Shown one piece after another: positions 1-12,809 of a stretch of DNA of 64,000 nucleotides (position 1 is the stretch's first letter; the number at the start of each line of letters is the position of its first letter). The stretch is from contig CM060733.1 of assembly GCA_030704615.1 (NCBI GenBank), positions 30,938,001 through 31,002,000 on the forward strand, given 5' to 3'. A program made the translations under genes and the position numbers. Source of the stretch: Takakia lepidozioides (lineage: Eukaryota > Plantae > Bryophyta). The notes below the pieces were generated by a model, which saw only the letters and a list, made by a program, of their open reading frames with translations, did no database searches and was not told the DNA's origin.

Positions 1-7
1 AACTTAC

Positions 8-455
8 CTTGACATCCCGTTTTCAAGCACAGCACACGACCATGGGGTTTGAGAGGTGATACATTCACTGTCTGAATATTTGCGACTATGCACCCCGAGG
101 GTGTAGTTGTACCGTGGAGTGTCACCTTAGTAGTTTATTAGAGCACCTTAGACAGAAATTACTATAGGAATTGCATGCATCTACAAAACGTCTGCATTGT
201 AGCGTGAGCAAATGTGAAAGTCAAAAATCTGTCGCTGAAACAAGGTGCAGCATCGTGTGAGATCTTCTCGTGTGAGATCTTCCAAATCATCTCGACATAG
301 CATGCACTCGTATCCACCTGGATGGCACAACACTTCCCTTGAAATGTCGACAATGTTCTTGCAATTCTCCACTGTGACTCCGACACTTGTCTTCACAATG
401 GGTATGTTGTATTGTGTTACTATAGATAGCTCGTTATGTTCCCCGGGCATGTGCC
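8..455 (-). pseudogene. Two exon-like segments of an unidentified gene (approx. 318-455 and 8-146)
   Basis: AG/GT-bounded segments join in phase 1 to read ...NIVDISREVLCHPG|ALINY*GDTPRYNYTLGVHSRKYSDSECITSQTPWSCAVLENGMS, with one stop. Family not recognised. Confidence 0.3.
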
Positions 456-489
456 CTGCACCCTTAGCCCAATTGCTAGAACATTAATT

Positions 490-595
490 GTGGTTTCTGG
501 ATTTGTTCTTCTCTCATGCTTTCTTCCATTTTGTCCTATAAGTTCTATGAGCTTTCCACGGCCGTTATAAAGCACCATTTCATTTCATTTCATTT
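490..595 (+). mobile_element. 3' tail of LINE family B, ending in (CATTT)n
   Basis: Reverse complement of the 3' UTR at 12810-12915, which follows the LINE B ORF. The same tail is at 26490-26632. Confidence 0.75.
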
Positions 596-611
596 CTCTC
601 TCTCTCTCTCT

Positions 612-3600
612 CTTCTCTCCCTGCCCTCTAGGAAGCCTATCGACATTGGGTGGACTTGAAATGGGAATAGATAAATGTCTCTGACTAAATGCCGGCCTTG
701 CGACCTTGCGTCTTGGTATGTTTTGACCTGAAGCACTCTGCTTTGGGTAAGGTAGTACATTGGATTTAGTTGGAGAATCCGGGGCCTCTCCCTCTTTAGA
801 ACATGTCTACGCGGGCCATTCCCTGCATCTCCTTTGGAGTGGTGATCTTTGAATGGTAACAAGCGGACCCCTACCGCTTGGGGGCAGCCCCTCTGCCCAA
901 AATGGGCAATTGCATGCTCTGTCTAGCATGCTCAGCACTTGGGCTAGGGTTGGTGCTTGTGCTTAAACTTACAGCCTGCAAATACAGAAAAATTATTTGG
1001 CCACTCCAATAATAACAGTACTCAAGGTGATTCCTGGGAAATGGCTACTTATGCCAAATCTAGAGCTTCATGTGTAGTTTTTGGGGTGAATCCCAGGATG
1101 GACGATGTGTCCTTTAAAACTACCTGCTCCAGCTTCGGCTTGGAATTTGTGGCTAATGACAGCATCTCAAGATTGGTACTTTGAAGGTTTCATTTCCTAA
1201 ATCTGCTACAAATAGAATTCCACATCAAATCAGCTTCAAAGAAATTCGCCACTTGACTGGTTGGAGGGCGGTTTAGACATTGGTGATCCAATGAGGCGCT
1301 CTAGGAAGACAGTCAAGTGTGGGGCCTTCAACTTGAAAGTTTCTAACCGGTTTGATAAGGATTTGGCACTCTGAATGGATTGCCAATCCTTAAGGTTTAC
1401 TCTAGAAGAATTAAATTTTCGCCTGAAGGATTTGGCACTGAATGGTTTGCCAATCCTTAAGGTTTACTCTAGAAGAATTAAATCTTTGCCTGAAGGATTT
1501 GGCACTCTGCATGGTTTGCCAATCCTTAAGGTTTACTCTAGAAGAATTAAATCTTTGCCTGAAGGATTTGGCATGGTTTGCCAATCCTTAAGGTTTACTC
1601 TAGAAGAATTAAATCTTTGCCTGAAGGATTTGGCATGGTTTGCCAATCCTTAAGGTTTACTCTAGACGCCCAAAATCTACACATGGGGCAACTGATCCCC
1701 CTTTGCAGACTGGTTGGTCGTCCAGGAGCAATCATAGGCTCCCTAGACGGCAAACAATCCATATGCAAAAGGCTGGCTTAAGGCTGGGCACTTTCAACTT
1801 CTCGGGGTTGACTAACCAAAGGAAACAATTTGAAGTGGGACAAGTTCTTCAGTCAAATGGTATTCATATTTGTGCTGGGTAAGAGACATGGGGAACTTCG
1901 GACAAATTGGTTGGAGATGTCAACGGCTACCGTTGGTTTGGCAAGATGCGTGCGCTTAAGGTGACCTCTGCCAAGCGTGGGCAAAAAGGTGTTGCCTTCT
2001 TTGTCCGAGATTTCTTGTGTGACAATTGTGAAATTATCAACAAGGATTTGCGGTATAAGCACAGTATCTGGCTGAAACTGAAATTGAAGGGCAGCGTGAG
2101 TAGGAAGGACCTCTTTGTGGGATGTGTTTACATGCCCACAGAGGGGACCCTTAGTGCTGACGCAGATAATCCTTCGAAGACGTAAAGCTGGACTGTGCTA
2201 AGTTCCTTGCCAAGGGTCAGGTGGTTTTATTGGGTGGCATTGCAAAGGTCTTCACCAGGATGATATCATCGGACCTTTTGGTGAGGACGAGCTGAACTCT
2301 AATGGAAGACGGTTAATTAACTGTCTGGAAGAGCTTCAGCTTTCGACCCTGAACAATAGTTCAAAACGTGACCCGATGGAGTGGACCCGTGAAAAAGCCC
2401 AAACTGGGGAACGATCCATTGTGGATTATATCATAGTGGACAAGAATCTGTTTCCCCAGTGTGCCAAGGTGTTAATTGACAGAACTGATATTGGTACCTC
2501 TGACCACTTTCCGGTTTGGACTGAGATCAAAAGGTGTTTCCCCAACACCAAGAGATCTGTGAAATGTTCGATCCAGAAGTGGCGCATTGATAAATTCCGA
2601 AATGAAGAGGTCAAGGCTGAGTATGTCCAGGCCTTGCAAGAGGCTCTGCCCAACTTTGTCCATTCGCTCCAAGACCTTCAATCTCGCGCTGGCAATGCAA
2701 GAAATGAAGTCGAAAGAGCGGTGGACTCTTGGGAGAGTTTCGTCTCTTCTGTGGCTGAAAAGATCATTGGGAGGAAACTAATTGTCTGCGGTAGAGCTGT
2801 TAATTGGTGGACCAATGAGATCAAACTCAAGATTGCCGAGAGACGAGCCCTCTATAAAGAATGCTGCAGAATGAAAGCCAATAATGACCTTTTGGGTTAG
2901 GTACTACCAGCTCCGCAAAGATATCAATCAGCTTGTAAGGTCTCAGAAGAAACTAAATTGGGATAAGTTAACCGGGGAAATAAACTCAAACCACCACAGT
3001 GGTAATGACAAGAAATTCTGGTTGGCCCTTCAACGTCTGTACAAGCCGAAAAATTGTCAGCAAGTACAAGCGCTGAGGACCCCTAAGGTTGCAGTGACTT
3101 CAACAGCTGACATTGTCGAAACCTTTGAAACCCACTACAGTACACTTGGCAGAAATTCTAGTTCTAGCAGCGAGGGATTTTCTGAAGAATGGAATGACAC
3201 AGTAGAAAGAACTGTGTCTATGATTCAAGACAGCCTGATGAACTGGAGTATATTTCAAAGGGTTATAACGCTCCCATTAGTTCCTCTGAGATTGCGGAAG
3301 CAATTGAGCATCTAAACGGATACAAAGCTGGTGGCCCTGATAGCATTGTCAATGAGCTTATCAAGCATGGTGGTGACCCTATGATAGAAGCCCTTGTTCT
3401 TCTCTTTAACCTTATATGGAAGACTGAAATTGCCCCCTTTCACTGGCGGCAGGGGGTCACTGTCAATTTATATAAGAAAGGTGACAGAGAAGAGCCGCTA
3501 TCGGGGCATCACGCTTCTTAATGCAGTTGGCAAGATATTCTGCAGAGTTATAAGTACTCATCTCGAGGTTGATCTGGAGTCCAGAGGTTGTTTCCATGAA

Positions 3601-5330
3601 GGCCAAGCTGGCTTTCGGCGAAACAGGGGTTGCGTGGATCATATCTTCACACTCAGCCAGATTATCCAGGGAAGGAAAAAAGAAGGGAAACCTACTTTTG
3701 TCTTTTTCTTGGATGTCAAAAAGGCCTATGACACTGTGTGGGGAGACGGTCTATGGCTCCGACTCTGGTCTTCCGGGATCAAGGGAAAGATGTGGAGAGT
3801 GGTCCATAACTTGTATGCTCACACTTAAAGCTGTGTCACTGTAAATGGACAGAAGTCTAATTTCTTTGACATAGACCAAAAGGATGTACCCTCTCCCCTC
3901 TGCTCTTCAATGTTTTCATCAATCAACTACTGGAGGATGTGGAAAGTGAGGGATTTGGGTTAAGGGTGGGTGATGCTACCATACCAGCCCTTATGTTTGC
4001 GGATGACTTTGCAGGCATAGGGGAGACTCCTTCCAACCTCCAGGGCTGATAGATTGCGCGAAGAGATACTTTGATCTTTGGGGGCTAGAGGCTAATGTCA
4101 GTAAATGCGCAGTGGTGGCATTCACCGACCGGGGGGAAGGAGGAGGCGATCTCAAGTGGCAGTGGGGAAGCCAAGAGATCCCTGTTCTCCCCTCCTACAC
4201 CTATCTTGGCGTTGAGTTTTCCTCCAACTGTAATTGGGAAGCACATATTCAAAAAATGTTTAATCTGGCAAACGCAAAGCGTCTCACTAAATTTTTCCAC
4301 TGCAGAGGGATCAACTCTGAAGTCAAAAAAACCATGCTTTGCCGCATCATCAGGCCGGCCTTGGAGTATGCATCTGCTGTATGGGTTGATAACTCCAATC
4401 AGGCTAAGTCTCTTGAATCCATCCAAGTCGGGGTGCTCAAGGAGTGCATGTCAGCATGCTCCAAAACAGCTAATGTGGCTGTTCGGGGTCGGTTTGGCAT
4501 TCCTCCCTTAAGCTCCCGACACGATGAATTCAAAATCAGATGGTGGGGTCGGCTGCAACGTATGGCTAATACCAGATATCCTAAGTTAATCGACTCTATA
4601 TCTTGGAAGCAGGACCGCCCTGTCAAACAGGCTAAATCCTGGCGGAAAAGGGTAGAAGAGATTTTCAAGGATCTGAATCTTAGTCCACTAGCCATGACCC
4701 TGCTGGATAAATCTGGCTTAGAAGCTGAAGTTTCCGAAGCCATGTCTATTGCCAGGAAATTGTCTGAAGAAAATGAAGTTAGGCAGAAAACTTCCCTCAA
4801 CCTGTTTCCAGTCTGTGACATGGGTGAGGCCATCATGGATGACCTCAAGGGTCTACCCACCCTCGGCACTAGACTGAAATTCAAACTCAGGGCAGGTAGC
4901 CTACCTTTGAATAACAAACAGTCGCAGAGAGGAAAGGGGGATTGTAAGTGCCCGTTGTGTGGGCAACCTGAAGACAATATTCACTTCCTGATTCATTGTC
5001 CTGGGTACTCTCACCAACGGGACACCCTCTTCCATTCCATCAAGGAAATTGTGCCTGTCCCTCTGTTTAACAACTTTGAAAATCTTGAGGCTGAGCCAAA
5101 AGCCCAGGCCCTTTTGGGGTCTAGCTATTGGGCAAATCACACACATCAGATTGATGCTTGTGTGAAGGGATTTCTGGAGGATATATGGAAATCTCGGGTC
5201 AACTGTTTATTCCAAGGTAAATCATACTACCGGCGTCAGCCCCTGACAAAGGTAGTTTCTGTCCAACTGGGCACGGGGTCAATGGCCACAAGGCTACGGC
5301 AAACAATGTTGTATGAGTACAATCTCTCTC
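612..5330 (+). mobile_element. Near full-length non-LTR retrotransposon, LINE family A (APE endonuclease + RT + C-terminal CCHC; RTE/RTEX-like), degenerate
   Basis: APE motifs LGTFNFSGL, SIVDYIIV, TSDH. RT motifs YRGITLLNAVGKIF, QAGFRRNRGCVDHIF, FLDVKKAYDTV, LMFADD, YTYLGV. C-terminal CPLCGQPEDNIHFLIHC. Tail GAGTACAATCTCTCTC. Several frameshifts and stops. Confidence 0.93.
1358..1665 (+). repeat. About 5 tandem copies of a 62-69 bp hairpin-containing unit inside LINE A
   Basis: Unit aaggatttggca(ctctga)atggtttgccaatccttaaggtttactctagaagaattaaatctttgcctg is repeated. It is single-copy in the LINE at 17756. Confidence 0.9.
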
Positions 5331-7105
5331 TCTCTCCCCTCTGCTCTTCAATGTTTTCATCAATCAACTCCTCGAGGATGTGGAAAGTGAGGGATTTGGG
5401 TTAAGGGTGGGTGATACCACCATACCAGCCCTTATGTTTGCGGATGACTTCGCAGGCATATGGGAGACTCCAACCAATCTCCAGGAGTTGATTGATTGCG
5501 CGAAGAGATACTTTGATCTTTGGGGGCTAGAGGCTAATGTCAGCAAATGTGCAGTGGTAGCATTCAACGACAGAGGAGAGGGAGGAAGTGATCTTAAGTG
5601 GCAGTGGGGTAGGCAAGAGATCCCGGTCCTCCCTTCCTACACTTACCTGGGCGTTGAGTTCTCCTCCAATTGTAATTGGGATGCACATATCCGGAAAGTT
5701 GTTCAAACTGGCAAGGGCAAAGCTCTGGGGCTCACTAAATTTTTCCACTGCAGAGGGGTCAACTCTGAGGTTAAGAAAACCATGCTTTGTCGCGTTATTA
5801 GACCTGCCTTGGAGTACGGATCTGCTATAGGGGTTGATAACTCCAACCAGGCTAAGTCTCTAGAATCCATTCAAGTGGGGGTGCTTAAGGAGTGTATGTC
5901 AGCATGCTCCAAAACAGCCAATGTGGCTGTTCGGGGTGAGTTTGGCATTCCGTCCCTAAGCTCCCGACGAGATGAATTCAAGGTCAGATGGTGGGGTCAG
6001 CTTTAACATATGCCCAACACCAGATATCCTAAGTTAATCGACTCTATATCTTGGAAACAGGACCGCCCTGTCAAACAGGCTAAGTCCTGGCAGAAGAGAG
6101 TAGAAGAGATTCTCAAGGACCTGGACCTGGATCCGCAAGTCTTGACCCTGCTGGATAAATCTGACTTAGAGGCTGTAGTGTCCTCAGCCATGTCTGTTGC
6201 CATGAGATTGTCTGATGAAAATGAAGTTAGGCAGAAAACTTCCCTGAACTTGTTTCCAGTCTGTGACATGGGGGAGGACATCTTGGATGACCTCAAGGGT
6301 CTACCCACTCTCGGCACTAGACTGAAATTTAAACTCAGGGCAGGAAGCCTACCTTTGAACAGCAAACAGAAGCAGAGAGGAAAGGGAGAGTGCAATTGCC
6401 CGTTGTGTGGGCAACCTGAAGACAGTATTCATTTTCTGATACACTGTCCGGGGTTCTCTCACCAAAGAGACGCTCTCTTCAAATCTATTAAGGGAATTGT
6501 GCCTGTACCCCTGTTTACCAACTTTGAAAGTCTCGAGGCTGAGCCAAAAGCCCAGGCCCTCCTGAGGCCTAGTTTTTGGGCAAATCACACACAGCAGATT
6601 GATGCTTGTGTGAAGGGATTTCTAGAGGATATCTGGAAAACCCGGATTAATTCTTTATATGGAGGTAAGTCTTACTACCAACGTCAACCCCTGACAGAGG
6701 TAGGTTCTGTCCCTTTTGTTTCCGCTCAAACTGGGCGCGGGGTCAATGGCCACAAGGCTACGGCAAACAACGTCTTATGAGTACGATCTCTCTTTTGGTT
6801 CTCTCAATGGCCACAAGGCTACGGCAAACAACGTCTTATGAGTACAATCTCTTTTTTGGTTCTCTCACCAAAGAGACGCTCTCTTCAAATCTATCTTCAA
6901 ATCTATCAAGGGAATTGTGCCTGTACCCCTGTTTACCAACTTTGAAAGTCGCGAGGCTGAGCCAAAAGCCCAGGCCCTCCTGAAGGCAAGTCTTACTACC
7001 AACGTCAGCCCCTGACAGAGGTAGGTTCTGTTCCTTTGGTTCCCGCTCAAACTGGGCGCGGGGTCAATGGCCACAAGGCTACGGCAAACAATGTCTTATG
7101 AGTAG
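5331..7105 (+). mobile_element. Head-to-tail 5'-truncated LINE A copies (5331-6790, ~6800-6850, ~6858-7105)
   Basis: ORFs 5380-6006 and 6010-6780 repeat the RT/C-terminal part of the first copy. The 3' end ccacaaggctacggcaaacaa...gagta is repeated three times. Confidence 0.9.
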
Positions 7106-7109
7106 AGTA

Positions 7110-10100
7110 CATTCCCTCTCTTTTTCCCTCTCCCTGTCCTCTAGGAAGCGCAATACCATTGGCTGGACTTGATATGGGAGTAGATAAATGTCTATGTGAC
7201 TAAATGCCGGCCTTGTGACCTCGTGTCTTTGTTTGTTTTGACCTGAAGCACTCTGCTTCGGGTGAGGTAGTGCATTGGATTTAATTGGAGAGTTTGGGGC
7301 CTCTCCATCTTTAGAATCTGCCTATGCGGGCTGTTCCCTGCAGCTCCCTGGAGTGTGATCTCTGAAAGCGGACCCCTACCGCTTGGGGGCAGCCCCTCCG
7401 CCCAATATGGGCAGTTGTATGCTCTGTCTAGCATGCTCGGCACTTAGGCTAGGGATGGTCCTTGTGCTTAAAATTATAGCCTGCGAGATCAAATATTACA
7501 CCATACCATGACAATAACAACACTCCCCAGGCTTTATGTGTAGCTTTTGGGATGAATCCCAGGATGGACTTCGTGTCCTTTAAAACTACCTGCTACAGCC
7601 TAGGCATCGATTATGTGGCTAATGGCTCCATTTCGAGACTTGATAACAGAGGTACTTTGAAGGTTGCAATGTCTAAACCTGCTAAAAATAGAGTCTCACA
7701 TCAAATCAAGCTCAAAGAAGTTCGTCCCTTGACTGGCTTGAGAGCGGTCTTAGACATTGGTGTTTCGATGAGGCGCTCTAGGAAGATAACCAAGCGTGGG
7801 GACTTCAACTTGAGAGTTTCTAACTGGTTTGATGCCCTGGATGAGGTTGGTACCAAGCAGCCAGACAAACAAGTGGCTCTAAGTGTGCTGCTCTAAGTGT
7901 GCTGAGCCTGAGCATCGTGTGACTGAAGGATATGGTACTCTGACGAGTAAAATCTACATACAGGGTAATTGCCCCCCCTTTACAGAAGGGTTGGCGGTGC
8001 AAGAGCAACCATAGGCTACCTAGACAGCAAACAATCCATATGCAAAGGGCTGGCTTGAGGCTACTTTCAACTTCTCAAGGCTGACTAACCAAAGGAACAA
8101 ATTTGAAAAGGGACAAGTTCTTCAGGCAAATGGTACTCATATCTGTGCAGGGCAAGAAGCATGGGAACCTCGGACAAACTGATTGGAGACATCAAAGGGT
8201 ATCATTGGTTCGGCAAGATGTGTGCACTTAAGGCAGCAACTGCCAAGCATGGTCAGAGAGGTGCTGGCTTCTTTGTCCATGATTTCTCGCCAAAGGTCAG
8301 GTGGTCTTATTGGGTGACATCAATGCCCGGGTGGGCAAAAGCCTTCATCAGGATGATACCATTGGGCCTTTCGGTGAGGACAAGCTGAATTCTAATGGAA
8401 GACGGTTGATAAATTGTCGGGAAGAACTTCAGCTTTGGACCTTGAATAATAGGTCAAAAGGAGATCAAGTGCAGTGGCCCCAACTGAGACAGCCCAAACT
8501 GGGGAACGATCCATTGTGGATTATATCATAGTGGACAAGAATTTGTTTCCCCAGAGTGCCAAGGTGTTCATCGACAGAACTGATATTGGTACCTCTGACC
8601 ACTTCCTGGTTTGGACTGAGATCAAAAAGTGTTTTCCCAACACCAAGAGATCTGTGAAACGTTTGATTCGGAAGTGGTGCATAGAAAAACTCCAAAATGA
8701 AGAGGTCAAGGCTGATTATATCTAGGCCTTGCAAGAGGCTCTCCCTCACATTGTCCATTCACTCCAAGATCTCCAGTCTTGCTCTGGCAATGCAAAAAAC
8801 AAAGTCGAAAGAGCATTGGATTCTTGGGAGAGTTTCGTCTCCTCTGTGGCCAACAAGATCGTTGGGAGGAAAGTAATTGTCTGTGGTAGAGCTGTTGGTG
8901 AACCAATGAAATCAAACTCAAGATAGCCGAGAGACGAGTCCTCTATAAAGTGTGCTTGAAAGCCAACAAAGAATTGTGGGCTAGGTACTACCACGTACTA
9001 TCAATCAGCTTGTATGGCCTCAGAAGAAATTATATTGGGACAAGCTATACAGTGAAATAAACTCAAACCACCCAGGTGGTAATGACAAGAGATTCTGGTT
9101 GGCCCTTCAACATCTGTACAAGCCGAAAAATTGTCAGCAAGTACACGCACTTAGGACTACTAAGGGTGCAGTGGTGACTTCAACGGTGGACATTGTCAAA
9201 ACCTTTGAAACACACTACAGTATCCTTGGCAGAAATTCTAGGTCTAACAGTGAGGGGTCTTCTGAAGCATGGAAAAAAACAGTTGAAAAAACTGTTCCTA
9301 TGATTCCAGACAGCCCTGATGCACTGGAGTATTTTTCAAAGGGTTACGACGCTCCCGTTAGTTCTTCTGAGATTGTGAAAGCAATTGAGCATTTAGACGG
9401 ATATAAAGCTGGTGGACCTGATGGCGCAGTCAACAAGCTTATCAAGCACGATGGCGACTCCATGATAGAGGCCCTTGTACTCCTCTTTAACCTTATCTGG
9501 AGGACTGAAATGATCCCCTTTCGTTGTCAACAGGGGGTCATTATCAATATATGCAGGAAAAGTGATAGAGAAGAACTGGCAAACTATCGAGGCATCACGC
9601 TTCTCAATGCAGTTGGCAAGATATTTTGCAGAGTTATGAGTACTCATCTCGAGGTTGTTTCCATGAAGGCCAAGCTGGCTTTTGGGGAACCAGGGGCTGT
9701 GTGGAACATATCTTCACTCTAAGCCAGATTATCCAGGGAAGGGAAAAAGAAGGGAAACCCACTTATGTCTTTGTCTTGGCCGTCAAAAAAGCTTATGACA
9801 GTGTGGAAAGATGGTCTATGGCTCCGACTCTGGTCATCTGGGATCAAGGGAAAGATGTGGAGAGTGGTCTATAACGTGTATGCACACACCAATTGCTGTG
9901 TCACGGTTAATGGACAGAAAAACTTCTTTGACATAGACCAAGGTGTAGCTCAAGGATGTACCCTCTCCCTCTGCTCTTCAATGTTTTCATCAATCAACTC
10001 CTCGAGGATGTGGAAAGTGAGGGATTTGAGTTAAGAGTGGGAGATGCCACTCAATCTGGCAAGCGCAAAGCGTTGGGTCTCACTAAATTTTTCCACTGCA

Positions 10101-10850
10101 GAGATCAACTCTGAAGGTAAAAAGACCATGCTTTGCCGGGATATTAGGCCTGCCTTGGAGTACGCATCTGCAGTATGGGTTTGATAACTCCAATCAGGCT
10201 AAGTCTCTAAAATCCATTCAAGTGTTGGTGCTTAAGGAGTGCATGTCAGCATGATCCAAAACAGCCAATGTGGCTGTTCGGGGTGAGTTTGGCATCCCTC
10301 CCTTAAGCTCCCAACAAGATGGATTCAAGGTCAGGTGGTGGGGCTAGTTGCAACTTATGACTAATATCAGATACCCTAAATTAATCGACTCTATATCTTG
10401 GAAGCAGGATTGCCCTGTCAAACAGGTTAAGTCCTGGCGGAAGAGAGTAGAAGAGATTCTCAGAATCTGAATCTAAGTCCGCATGCCTTGACCTGCTGGA
10501 TAAATCTGACTTAGAGACTGTAGTGTCCCAAGCCATGTCCGTTGCCAGGAAATTGTCTGATGAACATGAAGTAGGCAGAGAACTTCCCTGAACTTGTTTC
10601 CAGTCTGCAGCCAAATCCCCAGGCCCTTTTGGGGCCTAGTTACTGGGCAAACCACACACAGCAGATTGATACTAGTGTAAAGGGATTTCTAGAGGATATC
10701 TGGAAAACTCGGATCAACTGTCTGTTCCAAGGTAAGGAATCCACCAGTGTCAGCCCCTGACAAAGGTACTGTCCCTTTGTGTTCCACTCAAACTGAGCGC
10801 GGGGTCAATGGCCACAAGTCTACAGCAAACTTATGAGTACATTCTCTCTC
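7110..10850 (+). mobile_element. Second near full-length LINE A copy, with internal deletions
   Basis: 5' end matches 612-960. APE and RT ORF fragments at 8161-10034. Tail gagtacattctctctc at ~10835-10850. Confidence 0.9.
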
Positions 10851-11566
10851 TTTTTCCTTAACTCATATTTGCCCTCTAAGTCAAGACAGTGAGGAGGCAG
10901 ATCTGTTAGTGACAAGGGCCTACCTAGTGTGCATCTGATTGCCACGTGGAAAAGGTTGGTTTGGAGGCAGATCTGGGTCACTAAGTTACTCAGCTCACCC
11001 TCCCATCCTTGTGGTTACCATGTGAATAGTTGCCAAGTCGGTATTGACAGTTCCAATTGGGTGAGTACAAATTATCCCTACCCACCCTCCCTCCCTCATA
11101 AGTAGAGTTGTAGATCTTACAACTCTGCTTTTCTTACTACTTTTCCACTGAGAAGTACATCTCTAAGCAACTGTAATGGAGTTTACATGTTCGACATATG
11201 AGTTGTGCTTTCATACTGCCTAATGAGGTCTGAAACTATGCAGGTTTGTGATGGTGCCTGAAAAGGCTCTATGGTGATGTGCTATGACTCTCCTGTGTTC
11301 GTATGTAAGTTCATTTCCAGTTTGAACAGGAATAGTCTATTCTTTCTCTTCTCTGTCTTGCAATACATGTCCTGGGTATGCTTATCAAGAGAGCAACCCA
11401 CAGCACCATCAAGAATGTAGTCCCTACACCTCTGTCTACCAACTTTCAAATTCTCGATGCTGAGCCTGAAAGCACTGGCCCTCTTCGGTGTAATGGCTGG
11501 GCAGCTCACACACAACAGATTGATGCTTGTGTCGCACTATCATAGAAAACCAGTAGTGGACGTTAC

Positions 11567-11975
11567 CTGCAAACATCTGCTCACGCACGCGCTTCACCAG
11601 GTTCTCTCCCATGACACCAAGGGAATAGTGTTGGGCAAGGTAGCCAAACAAAGCGACAGCCCCAAGCCCGCAAAATATAAGTGAATACTTGTTGATCTGT
11701 TTCTCCATATTTGTATGATCTGTAATGTAGTAAGCACTCAAAACCAGGCTTATAAGATGTGCAAATCCTGGGTGAGGACACCCGTTATACACGATCCAAC
11801 CGTACCAACGAGCACGTAGGGCAATTCAGGCAAGTTCATCTTCAGCAGACGTAGAACGGATCCACGGGGGACAGGCTCTGAAATATCCATTTCTCTCATC
11901 GATGACTCTGAGACATCTGATCTGAAACTGTGGCTCAGCTTCCTGCCTGATTTTGACATGCTCGACCTGGAGATC
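11567..11975 (-). pseudogene. ABCB: ABCB (P-glycoprotein/MDR) exon: linker plus start of TMD2
   Basis: RLLKMNLPELPYVLVGTVGS...QHYSLGVMGENLVKRVREQMFA, AG/GT bounded, one frameshift. Confidence 0.88.
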
Positions 11976-12809
11976 CTGTCAGGAGAGATTGACAGAAGAG
12001 AGTAAGAAGAAATGTTTTACATCCACAGGAAGCCCTCAAGACCCATTTGCCACATCAGAACAACACGTGTAGGATTCTTTCACTGGTTCAGTGGTTCCCT
12101 TGTGTTGCTCATTTCTCAGAGAGATGAAATGAATTGATACTGTATAGCATCCACAAATAAGGGATAAGAATATAGACCTCACCCCCAGTTCCGGCTCAAC
12201 AAAAGGGAAAAGACACTAGCTTTCTGAGGGGCTCACTCCAGCGATGGATGAAAGAAAGCCTGAAACAAGAAAGAGATGGGGTCCCCAACAAGCAGCCCCG
12301 CAGCAACTACTGATCAATGGATTGCTTAGTATTTAATGCTTTGTGCAGAGATGCTGCCAAGCATCTGATCCTAGAAGTGGAGCACATCTGTGAGGGATTT
12401 GCTATCTCGGAATAGACATGACGTCTCCCCCGGATCTCGAGAGGGAGAGAGCTCTCTGGTGAGAATATCCCCTACAATGTATCAGAAAATGGACATTACA
12501 ATATCCTCTTCTTCTCTGCCCCTGTTCTTGTAAGGTAGGCTTCCCACCCGGAGTATAAATTCCAGTCTAGTGCCGAGGGTAAGTAGGCCCTTGAGATCGC
12601 CCTTAATGTCCTCGCCCATGTCAGACTCAAAACAAAGTTCAGGGAAGCTTTATGCCTCTAACTTCATTTTCATCGGACAGTGTTCGGGCAACTAACCATT
12701 CTGGCTTCAGACACTGCAACCATAGAGCCATAGAGAGAAAGGAAGACACTTCATAAAATCCGGGAAAAGCTCAAAGAAAATATTGGACAAGAGAAAGAAA
12801 AAATACAAG

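Noticed and set aside
1358-1665. CRISPR-like palindromic repeats
   Set aside because: No unique spacers, no cas genes, eukaryotic context, and the unit derives from LINE coding sequence.
4399-6395. Recurrent antisense ORFs over LINE A
   Set aside because: They are shadows of the sense ORF, repeated only because the LINE is repeated.
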